The translations under genes and the position numbers were made by a program. Below are positions 39,280 through 49,080 of a stretch of 64,000 nucleotides of DNA, in pieces (position 1 is the first letter of the stretch; each line of letters starts with the position of its first letter). Where the stretch lies: positions 370-64,369 of the forward strand of contig JAGPFE010000016.1 in the NCBI GenBank assembly GCA_018056705.1, in the 5' to 3' direction. The notes beneath the pieces were generated by a model. It was given only the letters and a program-made list of their open reading frames with translations. It was not told the DNA's origin and made no database searches. This stretch comes from Candidatus Hydrogenedentota bacterium. GTDB lineage: Bacteria > Hydrogenedentota > Hydrogenedentia > Hydrogenedentales > CAITNO01.

Positions 39280-40032
39280 TTATTCCAGCGCCGGCTTCCG
39301 TCCCAGGCACACGTAATCCGGCGAGTCCTCCGGGATGTACGGTTCCAGGACCATGCCGCCCCAGCGGGATTCGGGTAAAAGTCCAGTCGCGCGGGCCTGG
39401 GCCTCCAGAAACTCGGGATACCACAACCGGAGCAGGGTTTCCACCCGTTCCGCGGGCGTGTCCCGGGGTGGATCCCATCGTTCCACGGTGAGCAGCACGT
39501 TCAGGGAGATGTCCGTCGCTTCCTGGAATTGCCAGCGTTTTCTGATGGTGACCGGCATGCCGTTCAGCGTGGCATGTACTTCTCGATCGCGGTCCAAGCG
39601 CCAGGCTGTTCCCGCTCCATTCAGGAGTTGTGCCAGCAGGGCGCCACCCGGCGCGAGGACATCGGCTGCCCGTTGAAAAAAGCGCGTCACGTCATCCGGA
39701 GAGGCCAGCAGGGCGATTGAATTGCCCAGGCAGGTAACCAGGTCCCAGGGGCCGGATGGCGGGTCCAGCATGGATCCCTGAACCCACCGGATTGCCGGGT
39801 GATCCCGGATCGCGCGGGCTGCCCGCAGCATGGCCTCGCTGAGATCCACGGCCGTAACGGACGCGCCGTGGTCCGCGAAAAACCGGGCGTGTAATCCCGT
39901 GCCACAGGCCAGGTCAAGTACCCGCTGGCCGGGGCCCAGCGCGAGGAGGAGCAGGTTGCTTTCCCGCTCCACCCGCGCCGGCCCTCCGGCCAGCAGGTCG
40001 TACCATGCCGCCACGGCATCAAAGTCGCTCAT
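39280..40032 (-). CDS. class I SAM-dependent methyltransferase
   Basis: VLDLACGTG motif I and a downstream acidic motif II. Confidence 0.65.
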   Translation of the reverse strand: MSDFDAVAAWYDLLAGGPARVERESNLLLLALGPGQRVLDLACGTGLHARFFADHGASVTAVDLSEAMLRAARAIRDHPAIRWVQGSMLDPPSGPWDLVTCLGNSIALLASPDDVTRFFQRAADVLAPGGALLAQLLNGAGTAWRLDRDREVHATLNGMPVTIRKRWQFQEATDISLNVLLTVERWDPPRDTPAERVETLLRLWYPEFLEAQARATGLLPESRWGGMVLEPYIPEDSPDYVCLGRKPALE

Positions 40033-40038
40033 GCGGCA

Positions 40039-41688
40039 TTATCCGAGCATCGCGGCCAGGTCCTGCTCCGGGGTGCCGATCGGCGTCAGGCCAAACTGTT
40101 CCACGAGCACCTTGAGCACGTTCGGGCCGATGAAGGCGGGCAGGGAGGGTCCAATGCGCATGTTCCTGATGCCCAGGTACAGCAGGGTCAGCAGGATGCA
40201 TACCGCCTTCTGTTCGTACCACGACAGCACGATGGACAGGGGCAGGTCGTTCACGCCGCATTCGAAGGCATTCGCGAGGGCCACGGCGATCTGGATCGCG
40301 GAGTACGCGTCGTTGCACTGGCCAACGTCCAGCAGTCGGGGGATACCGCCGATGTCGCCGAAGTCCAGCTTGTTGAACCGGTACTTACCGCAGGCCAGCG
40401 TCAGGATCACGCAGTCGTCCGGCACAGACTGGGCCAACTGCGTGTAGTAATCCCGCCCGGGCTTGTTACCGTCGCAACCGCCAATGAGGAAGAACCGACG
40501 GATGGCACCGGCCTTGACGGCCTCGATGACCTTGTCCGCCACGCTCAGCACGGCGTTGCGGCCGAATCCCGTCAGGATCTTCTTTTCCGGGGCATCTTCG
40601 GTGAATCCCGGTTCGGCGAGAGCGGCCTCGATAACCGGCGTGAAATCGCGGCCCTCGACGTGGCGCACGCCCGGCCAGCGCACCAGGCCGCAGGTAAAGA
40701 TGCGGTGCTGATAACTCTGGCGGGGCCGTTGTATGCAGTTGGTCGTCATGAGGATGGCACCGGGAAACGCGTCGAACTCTGCCGCCTGGTCCTGCCACGC
40801 GCCGCCGTAATTGCCGACGAGGTGCGGATGTTTCTTCAGTTCGGGGTAACCATGGGCGGGGAGCATTTCCCCGTGGGTGTAGATGTTGATCCCCTTCCCG
40901 GCGGTCTGTTCGAGCAGGGCTTCCAGGTCCCGCAGGTCATGCCCCGACACCAGGATGCATTTGCCTTTCACCGGGGTGATCCGCACGGGGGTGGGTTCCG
41001 GGTGTCCGTACCGGCTGGTGTGGGCGTGGTCAAGCATCTCCATGACATGGAGATTGACCCGCCCGACTTCCAGCGCGCGAGAGGTCAGGGCATTGATATC
41101 CCGCGGATTATCTGCCAGGAAGGACAAGGTTTCGTGGGTGAAGGCGTAGACCTCCGGGTCTTCGCTGCCCAGCACCGCCGAGTGGTGGGCGTATGCCGCC
41201 ATGCCCTTGATACCGTAGAAGATCAGCTCCTGGAGACCGCCCGCGTCCTTGCCGAACCGTTCCAGGCGTTCTTCGATGCCCACCTTTCCACCCAGCCGCA
41301 CCATCTCTTCCTGGCTGTCGGGAATATCCGCCACGGCCGGACCGGTCAGGGTGGCGGGGGTCACGCCATTTTCGAGGCACAGCCGTTCATACAGGCCCCG
41401 GGCCCGTTCCCGGATTTCCACGCCCGCGCGGATCATGGCCGCCACGGCCGCCGGATCAAAGTTGACGTTGGTAACGGTGGTAAAGAGCGCGTCGTGCACA
41501 AACCGGTCGATGTCTATGTCCACGCCGCCCAGGCCGCGGGCCCGGTGCGCCCACTGGGCAATGCCCTCGGCCAGCCAGTTCAGCAGGTCCTGCAAGGCGG
41601 CCGTTTCCGGGTCCTTGCCGCACACGCCATACGACGTGCATCCGGTCATTCTCGACGTCTGTTCACATTGAAAGCAGAACATACCCAT
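40039..41688 (-). CDS. hcp: hydroxylamine reductase / hybrid-cluster protein
   Basis: N-terminal MFCFQCEQT cubane-cluster Cys motif and conserved hybrid-cluster ligands. 549 aa. Confidence 0.9.
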   Translation of the reverse strand: MGMFCFQCEQTSRMTGCTSYGVCGKDPETAALQDLLNWLAEGIAQWAHRARGLGGVDIDIDRFVHDALFTTVTNVNFDPAAVAAMIRAGVEIRERARGLYERLCLENGVTPATLTGPAVADIPDSQEEMVRLGGKVGIEERLERFGKDAGGLQELIFYGIKGMAAYAHHSAVLGSEDPEVYAFTHETLSFLADNPRDINALTSRALEVGRVNLHVMEMLDHAHTSRYGHPEPTPVRITPVKGKCILVSGHDLRDLEALLEQTAGKGINIYTHGEMLPAHGYPELKKHPHLVGNYGGAWQDQAAEFDAFPGAILMTTNCIQRPRQSYQHRIFTCGLVRWPGVRHVEGRDFTPVIEAALAEPGFTEDAPEKKILTGFGRNAVLSVADKVIEAVKAGAIRRFFLIGGCDGNKPGRDYYTQLAQSVPDDCVILTLACGKYRFNKLDFGDIGGIPRLLDVGQCNDAYSAIQIAVALANAFECGVNDLPLSIVLSWYEQKAVCILLTLLYLGIRNMRIGPSLPAFIGPNVLKVLVEQFGLTPIGTPEQDLAAMLG

Positions 41689-41718
41689 TGTATAAACCTC
41701 CTTTTGTTGTGGTTTGGG

Positions 41719-42579
41719 TCATCGGGTTGTTGTATGTTTACCGGCGGCCCCGGTGGCCCCGGTTGGGGTGACGTGATCGGGCGTGTCACGGACAGGGGTT
41801 GCCCAGGGTGACGGGTGTTCCTGGCGCCGCAGGATTTCTCCCCGGACGGAAACGATGACTTCTTCGATGGTCAGCGGGGACCGGGCGGCATTCCGGGCCT
41901 CCACGGCCAGCCGCGTCAGGCCCGCGCAGCAGGGAACTTCCATCCGGGCCACCACGCAGGATGCAGGACGCGCCTGCTGAAACAAGGTAGCCAGTTTCTC
42001 CAGGTATCCATCGGAGTCGTCCAGCTTGGGACAGGCGATGGCCAGGGCCCGGCCCCTGAGCAGCCGCTGGTGGAACGCGCCCAGCGCGAAGGCGGTGCAG
42101 TCCGCTGCCAGCAGCAGGTCGGCGCCCTGGTACTGGGGGGCCATGGAATAGACCAGGTGCAACTGAATCGGCCAGTGTCCCAGCGCTGAAGCCTCGTGAC
42201 CATTGCCGTTGTCCTGGTGATCAACCCTGGGTCTGGCGGGCTGGTTGAACGCGAAGGTCGCACTCCCGGGGCAGGGCGTCCGGCTGGGTCCCGCGGAAGG
42301 ACAGCCCGACTCGAAAGCTGCCGACGGGGAGGAGGTACCGTGGGCCTGAACCGCCGCCTCATCGAAGGGATCCGCCTCGCGGTATTCCAGGGACAGCGCG
42401 CCCGTGGGACAGGTTCCGAGGCAGGCACCCAGGCCATCGCAGAAATTTTCCCTGACCAGTTTCGCCTTGCCATCCACGATGGCGAGGGCGCCCTCGGCGC
42501 AGCCTACCACGCACTGACCGCATCCGTTGCACCGTTCTTCGTCGATCCGAATGACCAGTCGCCGGGTTTTCATAAGCAT
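41719..42579 (-). CDS. 4Fe-4S dicluster ferredoxin-domain protein, putative Hcp redox partner
   Basis: CNGCGQCVVGC and CDGLGACLGTCP motifs. Directly upstream of hcp on the same strand. Confidence 0.55.
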   Translation of the reverse strand: MLMKTRRLVIRIDEERCNGCGQCVVGCAEGALAIVDGKAKLVRENFCDGLGACLGTCPTGALSLEYREADPFDEAAVQAHGTSSPSAAFESGCPSAGPSRTPCPGSATFAFNQPARPRVDHQDNGNGHEASALGHWPIQLHLVYSMAPQYQGADLLLAADCTAFALGAFHQRLLRGRALAIACPKLDDSDGYLEKLATLFQQARPASCVVARMEVPCCAGLTRLAVEARNAARSPLTIEEVIVSVRGEILRRQEHPSPWATPVRDTPDHVTPTGATGAAGKHTTTR

Positions 42580-42630
42580 GCTCCCATGTGGGTCGCGACG
42601 CTTGTCGTCGCTCTCTGACCAGATTCTGCC

Positions 42631-42664
42631 GGTTTTTCCCGGGAAAAACCTTGACCCCCGTCAA
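42631..42664. promoter_or_regulatory. perfect 20-bp palindrome GGTTTTTCCCGGGAAAAACC abutting an FNR/CRP-type box TTGAC-N4-GTCAA
   Basis: Both are exact inverted repeats in the divergent intergenic region between the ferredoxin-hcp operon (-) and clpC (+). The box centre is ~78 bp upstream of the ferredoxin start codon. Confidence 0.4.
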
Positions 42665-42845
42665 ATTTTGTGATTTTTTTAAAAAAATTCGCTGGGCGGG
42701 AGGCGCCGGGGAAATTTGCCCGTTCATGCCGCCGTGCATTATGCTTATGTCAGCCTGGCCGCCAGGGTATGGGCCGGGAAATCTGTTCGGGCTGAAAAAC
42801 CTTAACGTTGCGGGCGGGATTTCTGTCCCGCCCGGGGCTGTGCAT

Positions 42846-45302
42846 ATGTGGGAACGCTTTACTGAACGGGCGAAACATGTCGTGGCCACGGCGCGGGAAG
42901 AGGCGGTGCGCCTGGGCAGCGAATACGTGCGTACGGAACACATCCTGCTGGGCCTGTGCAAGGAAACCGAGGGCGTGGCCGCGCGGGCCCTGGAAAACCT
43001 GGGCCTTTCACCGGAATCCATCATCGCGGAAATCGAAACCCAGGTGCGGCCTGGTGCCAGCAATATCTCCTCGGACGAGATTTCTTTCACCCCCCGGGCG
43101 AAAAAGGTGCTGGAGTTGTCCGTGGAGGAAGCCCGCCGGCTCGGGCATAACTACATTGGCACGGAACACATCCTGCTCGGGTTGCTCAAGGAAGGGGAAG
43201 GCATCGCCGCCAAGGTGCTTCAGGACATGAAGGTGGACCTGGGGCGGGTACAGGCCGAGATCCTGAAACTCGTGGGCGAGCAGGGTGGCGGTACGGGGGA
43301 GGCCAGGGCTGGCCGGCGTTCTAATACGCCCGCGCTGGACGCGTTCGGTCGGGATCTTACACAACTGGCCCGCGAAAACAAGCTGGACCCGGTGATCGGC
43401 CGGGAGGCCGAGATTGAACGGGTGATCCAGATTCTCAGCCGACGCGCGAAAAACAACCCCGTGCTGATCGGTGAGGCGGGCGTGGGCAAAACCGCCATCG
43501 TGGAAGGGCTCGCGCAGGCCATCGTGAATGGCGACGTGCCCGACCTGCTGCTGAACCGCCGCGTGCTGACCCTCGACCTGGCGGGCGTGGTGGCGGGCAC
43601 CAAGTACCGCGGCCAGTTCGAAGAACGCCTGAAGACCGTGATGAAGGAAATCCGGCGGGCGGACAACATCATCCTGTTCATCGACGAGTTGCACACCATC
43701 GTGGGTGCGGGGGCCGCCGAGGGGGCGGTGGACGCCGCCAACATTCTCAAGCCGGCGCTGGCCCGGGGGGAACTCCAGTGCATCGGCGCGACCACGATGG
43801 ACGAGTTCCGCAAGCACATCGAAAAGGACGCCGCGCTGGCCCGCCGGTTCCAGACCGTGATCGTTAACGCACCCTCGGTGGACATGACGATCCGGATTCT
43901 TCAGGGACTCAGGGATAAATACGAGGCCCATCACCGGGTCAAGTTTTCGGACGAAGCCATCGAGGCGGCCGCCCGCCTGGCCGACCAGTACATTACCGAT
44001 CGTTTCCTGCCGGACAAGGCGGTGGACGTGATCGATGAGGCCGGCGCGCGCGCCCGGCTGCAGATCACTACCCGGCCGCCCGAACTCAAGCAGCTCGAAC
44101 AGGAAATTGAACAGACCACCAAGGCCAAGGAAGAAGCCATCCGGTTGCAGGAATACGAAAAGGCCGCCAGCCTGCGCGACAAGGAACGCGGCCTGATCGC
44201 GCGACTGGAAGAGGCCCGGCGCGAATGGGAAAAGAGACGGGATTCCTCCGAAACCGTGGTGACGGCGGAAGACGTGGCGTATATCGTCTCCCGGATGACC
44301 GGCGTACCCCTGACGAAGATCGAGGAGGAAGAATCAGCCCGCCTGTTGCGCATGCGCGAAGAACTCCACAAGGTGGTGGTGGGCCAGGATGAAGCGGTTG
44401 ACGCCATTACCCGGGCGATTCAACGGTCCCGGGCGGGATTGCGCGACCGGAACCGGCCAGTGGGATCCTTCCTGCTGCTCGGCCCGACGGGCGTCGGGAA
44501 GACGTTGCTGGCCAAGGCCCTCGCGGAGTTCCTGTTCGGCAGTCGCGAGGCGCTCATCACCATCGACATGTCGGAATACATGGAAAAATTCGCCGTCTCC
44601 CGGCTGATGGGCGCGCCTCCCGGGTACATCGGTTACGATGAAGGGGGACAACTGACCGAACAGGTGCGTCGGCGTCCCTACTCGGTGGTGCTGTTCGATG
44701 AGATTGAAAAAGCGCACCCGGACGTGTTCAACGCCCTGCTGCAGGTCCTCGAAGAAGGACACATGACCGATGCTTCGGGGCGAAAGGTCGATTTCCGCAA
44801 CACGGTGGTCATGATGACGTCCAACGCGGGAGCCAAGCGGATCGGACGGACGGCCCCGCTCGGATTCCGCTCCGATGATGAAGGCGAAGAACACGGCCGC
44901 CTCCGGGACCGGGTGCTGGAAGAAGCGCGCAAGATTTTCAATCCCGAGTTCCTGAACCGGATCGATGAAATTGTCGTGTTCCACCGGTTGAACCGGGAGC
45001 ACCTGCTCAAGATCGTCGATATCGAGACGGCGGGCGTCGTGAACCGGTTGCAGGAACGGGGCATCCGTCTCGAACTGACCGAGGAAGCCCGGGATTTTCT
45101 GGTGCGGGAAGGCACCAGCGAAGAATATGGCGCGCGGCCATTGCGACGGGCCGTGCAGCAGTACCTGGAAGACCCGCTAGCGGAACTGCTGTTGCGGGGT
45201 GGAACAAAATCGGGAACGACCATCCTGGTCCGGCCCAGCGACATTGGCGACCGGCTGATGTTCGAGGCCCGGGAACCTGTCACAGAAGGGGTTCAGCATT
45301 GA
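42846..45302 (+). CDS. clpC: ATP-dependent Clp protease ATP-binding subunit ClpC
   Basis: Two Clp_N repeats, two AAA+ modules ([16 protein letters not shown]) and a UVR-like middle motif. 818 aa from ATG 42846. Confidence 0.9.
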   Translation: MWERFTERAKHVVATAREEAVRLGSEYVRTEHILLGLCKETEGVAARALENLGLSPESIIAEIETQVRPGASNISSDEISFTPRAKKVLELSVEEARRLGHNYIGTEHILLGLLKEGEGIAAKVLQDMKVDLGRVQAEILKLVGEQGGGTGEARAGRRSNTPALDAFGRDLTQLARENKLDPVIGREAEIERVIQILSRRAKNNPVLIGEAGVGKTAIVEGLAQAIVNGDVPDLLLNRRVLTLDLAGVVAGTKYRGQFEERLKTVMKEIRRADNIILFIDELHTIVGAGAAEGAVDAANILKPALARGELQCIGATTMDEFRKHIEKDAALARRFQTVIVNAPSVDMTIRILQGLRDKYEAHHRVKFSDEAIEAAARLADQYITDRFLPDKAVDVIDEAGARARLQITTRPPELKQLEQEIEQTTKAKEEAIRLQEYEKAASLRDKERGLIARLEEARREWEKRRDSSETVVTAEDVAYIVSRMTGVPLTKIEEEESARLLRMREELHKVVVGQDEAVDAITRAIQRSRAGLRDRNRPVGSFLLLGPTGVGKTLLAKALAEFLFGSREALITIDMSEYMEKFAVSRLMGAPPGYIGYDEGGQLTEQVRRRPYSVVLFDEIEKAHPDVFNALLQVLEEGHMTDASGRKVDFRNTVVMMTSNAGAKRIGRTAPLGFRSDDEGEEHGRLRDRVLEEARKIFNPEFLNRIDEIVVFHRLNREHLLKIVDIETAGVVNRLQERGIRLELTEEARDFLVREGTSEEYGARPLRRAVQQYLEDPLAELLLRGGTKSGTTILVRPSDIGDRLMFEAREPVTEGVQH

Positions 45303-47617
45303 ACGCGAAACATCTGGTTGGCATGCTGGTGTGGGTGCTGGTCGCGGCAGGCGTGTCGGTCGCCCAGGACTACGAGGGCCGGAACGTGGACGAGGTCCGG
45401 TTCAGGGGCCTGGAACGGGTGAGTGAACAGGCCGTGCTGTCTAAAATGGAGCTCAAGCCTGGCGCGCCGTTCAGCCGCGGGGCGGTGACCCGGGATATCC
45501 GCCGGCTGTACGAACTCAATTACTTCGACACCGTCAACATCGGGGTAACCGAGGAAGCCGGAAAGCTCGTGCTCCAGGTGGATGTGAAGGAGAAACGGGT
45601 GGTCGAAGAAGTGCGGATCATCGGTAACCGCAAGATCAAGGACCGTGCCATCCGGGCTGTCCTTTCCATGCGCGAAGGGGATTCGTTCCTGCCCGAGTCC
45701 TATGACCAGGAACGGCAGGCCATCCTGAACCTGTACGAAAGCAAGGGGTTCGCCAATACCATCGTGGACGCCGTGGCCGAAAACATCGGGGCTTCGCGGG
45801 TGCGCCTGATCTATACCATCACGGAAGGGAAAAAGGCCCGGATCCGGAGCATTAACATCGAAGGCAACCAGGCCCTGTCGGATCGCCGGTTGCGCAAGTC
45901 CATGAAAACGAAAAAGGCCTGGTGGTTCCTGGGTGGCAAGTACGAGGAGGAAAAATTCGAAGCCGACCTGGAAACCATCGTGAACGAGTATGGCAACATT
46001 GGTCGACTGGAAGCCCAAGTGACCAAGACCGACCTGGTGTACACCCCCAATGGCAAGGGCATCAACGTGACCATCTTCGTGGAAGAAGGCCCGGAATACA
46101 CCATGGACAGCCTGGAAGTCGCCGGGAACAAAGTGTATGACACCGATGAACTGATGGACCAGGTGAAGGTGAAGCCCGGTGCGATCCACAACAAGGGCCA
46201 GGTCGCGAAGGACATCGAAAACCTGCAGAAAACCTACCAGGACAGCGGGTACGTGGATGCCGCCGTTACCCCCCAGGTGGTGCTTGACCGGGATCGCAAG
46301 GTCACGCGTGTCACGTACCGCGTCGAGGAAGGCGACCTCAAGTACCTGCATGAAATCCGCGTCACGGGCAACTCCGTGACCAAGGACGAGATCATCCGGC
46401 GCCAGATGCTGGTGATCCCCGGGGACCGCTACGACGGCGAAGCCGTGGAAAAAAGCCGCCAACGGATTCAGAATACCCAGTTCTTCGACACGGTCCGCGT
46501 GACCCTCGAAGATCCCTCCGCGGGATCGGTCAGCAAGGACCTCTTTACCGACCTGAACGTGGACGTGGAGGAAGGTAAAACCGGTACGTTCAACTTCGGT
46601 GGCGGCTACAGCACCGAAGATGGCGTCGGCGTTTACACAGAACTGCGGCTGAACAACTTCGACATCGGCAACTGGCCAAAGTTTTCCGGTGGCGGGCAAC
46701 AGTTGCGCCTGCGGATCAACACCGCTACCCGGCGCGACAATTACGCCATCAGTTTCACCGAGCCCCAGTTCCTGGGGTATCCCATCTCCTTTGGCGTGGA
46801 CGCGTACCGCGAAACCTACGAGGTCCGTGGCGGGGCCAACTACACCGAGGATTCCACAGGCGGCCAGTTGCGACTGGGTAAGAACCTGTCTCCTTACGTG
46901 TTTACCCAGGTGGGGTTCCGTGCCCAGAACACCGATATCAGCGATCTGCCCACCTTCATTAACCGGGAAATCAAGCGGCAGGAAGGCGATTCCACCACGC
47001 TGAGTACCACGTGGCGCATCGAACGCAACACGCTGGACAGTCGCATTGACGCTACTTCCGGCGCGGTACATGCGCTGACCGTGGAAGTGGCCGGGTTTGG
47101 CGGGGACCACAACTTTATCAAGGCTGAACATGACAGCACCTGGTATAAATCTCTCGGTGAAAAGAAGAAGTGGGTGTTGTCCCTGCGGACCCGTGAGGGA
47201 GTGATGACCGAGTACGGTGATTCCGATTACGTGCCGTTGCAGGACCGGTTCTACGCTGGTGGATCGAATACCGTGCGCGGTTACCGGAACCGGGATATCG
47301 GCCCCAAGGTCCGCGAATACTGGTTCTGGGGAGATACCTTCTCCGTGGGGGGTAACGCCCGACTGCTGGGAACCGTCGAAGCCAAGTACAAGATCACGGA
47401 TATCCTCCGCGTGTACGCCTTCATGGACGCGGGCGGTGTCTGGGCGGACACCGGCGAGTTCGACTTCGGCGACATGCGGTACAGCGCGGGGGTCGGTCTC
47501 GGCTTCAACGTGCCCATGCTCGGGCCTATTCGAGTCGATTACGGCTATCCCCTCAACCCGGATGATGACCAGAGTTCCAGCGGTCGCCTGCACCTGGCCA
47601 CCGGGTACAAGTTCTGA
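45299..47617 (+). CDS. bamA: outer membrane protein assembly factor BamA
   Basis: Signal peptide, five POTRA-like repeats, C-terminal Omp85 beta-barrel ending GYKF. Start is TTG 45299 (overlapping the clpC stop) or ATG 45323. Confidence 0.9.
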   Translation: MNAKHLVGMLVWVLVAAGVSVAQDYEGRNVDEVRFRGLERVSEQAVLSKMELKPGAPFSRGAVTRDIRRLYELNYFDTVNIGVTEEAGKLVLQVDVKEKRVVEEVRIIGNRKIKDRAIRAVLSMREGDSFLPESYDQERQAILNLYESKGFANTIVDAVAENIGASRVRLIYTITEGKKARIRSINIEGNQALSDRRLRKSMKTKKAWWFLGGKYEEEKFEADLETIVNEYGNIGRLEAQVTKTDLVYTPNGKGINVTIFVEEGPEYTMDSLEVAGNKVYDTDELMDQVKVKPGAIHNKGQVAKDIENLQKTYQDSGYVDAAVTPQVVLDRDRKVTRVTYRVEEGDLKYLHEIRVTGNSVTKDEIIRRQMLVIPGDRYDGEAVEKSRQRIQNTQFFDTVRVTLEDPSAGSVSKDLFTDLNVDVEEGKTGTFNFGGGYSTEDGVGVYTELRLNNFDIGNWPKFSGGGQQLRLRINTATRRDNYAISFTEPQFLGYPISFGVDAYRETYEVRGGANYTEDSTGGQLRLGKNLSPYVFTQVGFRAQNTDISDLPTFINREIKRQEGDSTTLSTTWRIERNTLDSRIDATSGAVHALTVEVAGFGGDHNFIKAEHDSTWYKSLGEKKKWVLSLRTREGVMTEYGDSDYVPLQDRFYAGGSNTVRGYRNRDIGPKVREYWFWGDTFSVGGNARLLGTVEAKYKITDILRVYAFMDAGGVWADTGEFDFGDMRYSAGVGLGFNVPMLGPIRVDYGYPLNPDDDQSSSGRLHLATGYKF

Positions 47618-47819
47618 TTTCCATCCGCGACGGGGCTTTGACCGGAGGAATACTCCGGATTCATTCCCGTTGTTGTGAAGCCATCCATGGCCGGATCCGG
47701 TTCATTCGGGTCCGGTCATCTGGTTATCTGCCACCTGTTTCGCGGGAACACACCTGGTCAGCGGTTGTGGATGCGCTTCGGTTACAACTTTTCGTGTATT
47801 TCAAAGTAAAATTATATAC

Positions 47820-47848
47820 TTGAAAAATAGTAAAAAATTCTATATACT
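47820..47848 (+). promoter_or_regulatory. sigma70-like promoter TTGAAA-17-TATACT
   Basis: Sits in an AT-rich island carrying a direct repeat of TATATACT. ~20 nt upstream of ATG 47868. Confidence 0.4.
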
Positions 47849-47867
47849 GTCGGGTGGAGACGAAACC

Positions 47868-48497
47868 ATGCTTGGCGAACTGGAAACCCTGATCAGGAAA
47901 CTGGAAAACCGGGAAGACACCTGGGTGGCCCGGAGGGATGCCGCTGAAACCCTGGGAAAAGTAATTCATGCCGCCCTGGCCGCCCTGGTAGCCCATCGGA
48001 CTGATCCCGACATGGACGTGCAACTGCAGGTGGAGCGATCGCTGGAGGGGCTCCGGGCGATCGCCCTGCCGCCCACCGTGGGTACCCGGGAATTCACGCT
48101 GCGCGAACTGGCGTACGCCTGCGAAAAACGCCCGGTCCGGGTGGTGGAACCCTGGGAGAATGGTTTTGCCGTGACCGTGAAACTCAGCGAGGACCGTTCT
48201 CAGCGCGTGATGGTGACCAGTTACGATACCCGCGAAAACCGTCTGGTCCGTATTTACACGCCCTGCGGGAGCGCTTCACCCGAAATGTATGAATGGGCCC
48301 TGAAAGCGAACGGGCGCATGACCATGGGCTTTTTCGCCCTGGTACGGACCCGTTCTGGCGATCGGCAACTGGTACTGCTGCACACCATTCCCCGCAAGGA
48401 TGCCACGCCCCAGCTGGTCAAGACGGCCGTGAAGCATATCGCGGCGCTTGGGGACGAAATGGAACGGCATATTCACGGGGGAGAGGATAAACTCTGA
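47868..48497 (+). CDS. hypothetical protein with N-terminal HEAT-like repeats and a YbjN-like C-terminal domain
   Basis: ARRDAAETLGKV is a HEAT_PBS-like repeat. The ORF-track start at 47820 is actually the promoter; ATG 47868 follows GGTGGAGA. Confidence 0.45.
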   Translation: MLGELETLIRKLENREDTWVARRDAAETLGKVIHAALAALVAHRTDPDMDVQLQVERSLEGLRAIALPPTVGTREFTLRELAYACEKRPVRVVEPWENGFAVTVKLSEDRSQRVMVTSYDTRENRLVRIYTPCGSASPEMYEWALKANGRMTMGFFALVRTRSGDRQLVLLHTIPRKDATPQLVKTAVKHIAALGDEMERHIHGGEDKL

Positions 48498-48498
48498 A

Positions 48499-49056
48499 TC
48501 ACGGGGTCGGGGCCCCACCACCGCGCTTCCGGTGCCGGCCGGGCGGCATGGCGAGACCGTATGCGCGCATTTTCCGCCAGAGGGTGTTTCGGCCGATGCC
48601 GAGGCGCCGGGCCGCGTGGCTTCGGTTGCCGCCGCAGGCCTTGAGTGCGGCCAGAATGGCTTCCCGTTCCAGGTGACGCAGAGGGGAGGGTGTCGCGTCG
48701 GGGAGGGGTACGGCCGATCCGCTGGCGGCGGGAGCGTCCGGCGTGGCGGGGGGCAAGGCATTTCCCGAGGCCGCGGCCCGGGATACCATCAGTTCGAGTT
48801 CGCCCGCCTGCAGGGGCAACAGCACGTAACCGAACGCTCCCGCCCGCATGACGGTTACGGCTTCGGCCACGTCGGCCACCCCGGCAAACATGAGCACGGG
48901 ACGATGGCGGTCCATGAGTGCCCGCGCGCGCCGGGGCGACTGCGCCAGGAGCACGTCACCACCATGGTCCTGTACGTGGTGTCCCGCCCGCTCCAGCAGC
49001 AGCCGGACGGTTTCCCGCAGCGATGGATCGTCGATGTACAGTTCAACGTTGGCCAC
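48499..49056 (-). CDS. Fis-family transcriptional regulator with receiver-like N-terminal domain
   Basis: C-terminal HTH_8 (LKACGGNRSHAARRLGIGRNTLWRKMRAYGL). GTG start with GGAGA RBS. The N-terminal domain resembles a degenerate receiver. Confidence 0.5.
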   Translation of the reverse strand: MANVELYIDDPSLRETVRLLLERAGHHVQDHGGDVLLAQSPRRARALMDRHRPVLMFAGVADVAEAVTVMRAGAFGYVLLPLQAGELELMVSRAAASGNALPPATPDAPAASGSAVPLPDATPSPLRHLEREAILAALKACGGNRSHAARRLGIGRNTLWRKMRAYGLAMPPGRHRKRGGGAPTP

Positions 49057-49080
49057 GTTTTGTCTCCAGATGCCCCGGTT

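Noticed and set aside
40660-41811. 383-aa plus-strand ORF
   Set aside because: Antisense to hcp.
42651-42700. CtsR operator upstream of clpC
   Set aside because: CtsR binds a direct heptad repeat (GGTCAAAnAnGGTCAAA). Here the GTCAA elements are inverted (TTGAC-N4-GTCAA), which fits CRP/FNR-type regulators instead.
45293-47593. 766-aa minus-strand ORF
   Set aside because: Antisense to bamA, which has an unmistakable POTRA plus Omp85 architecture.
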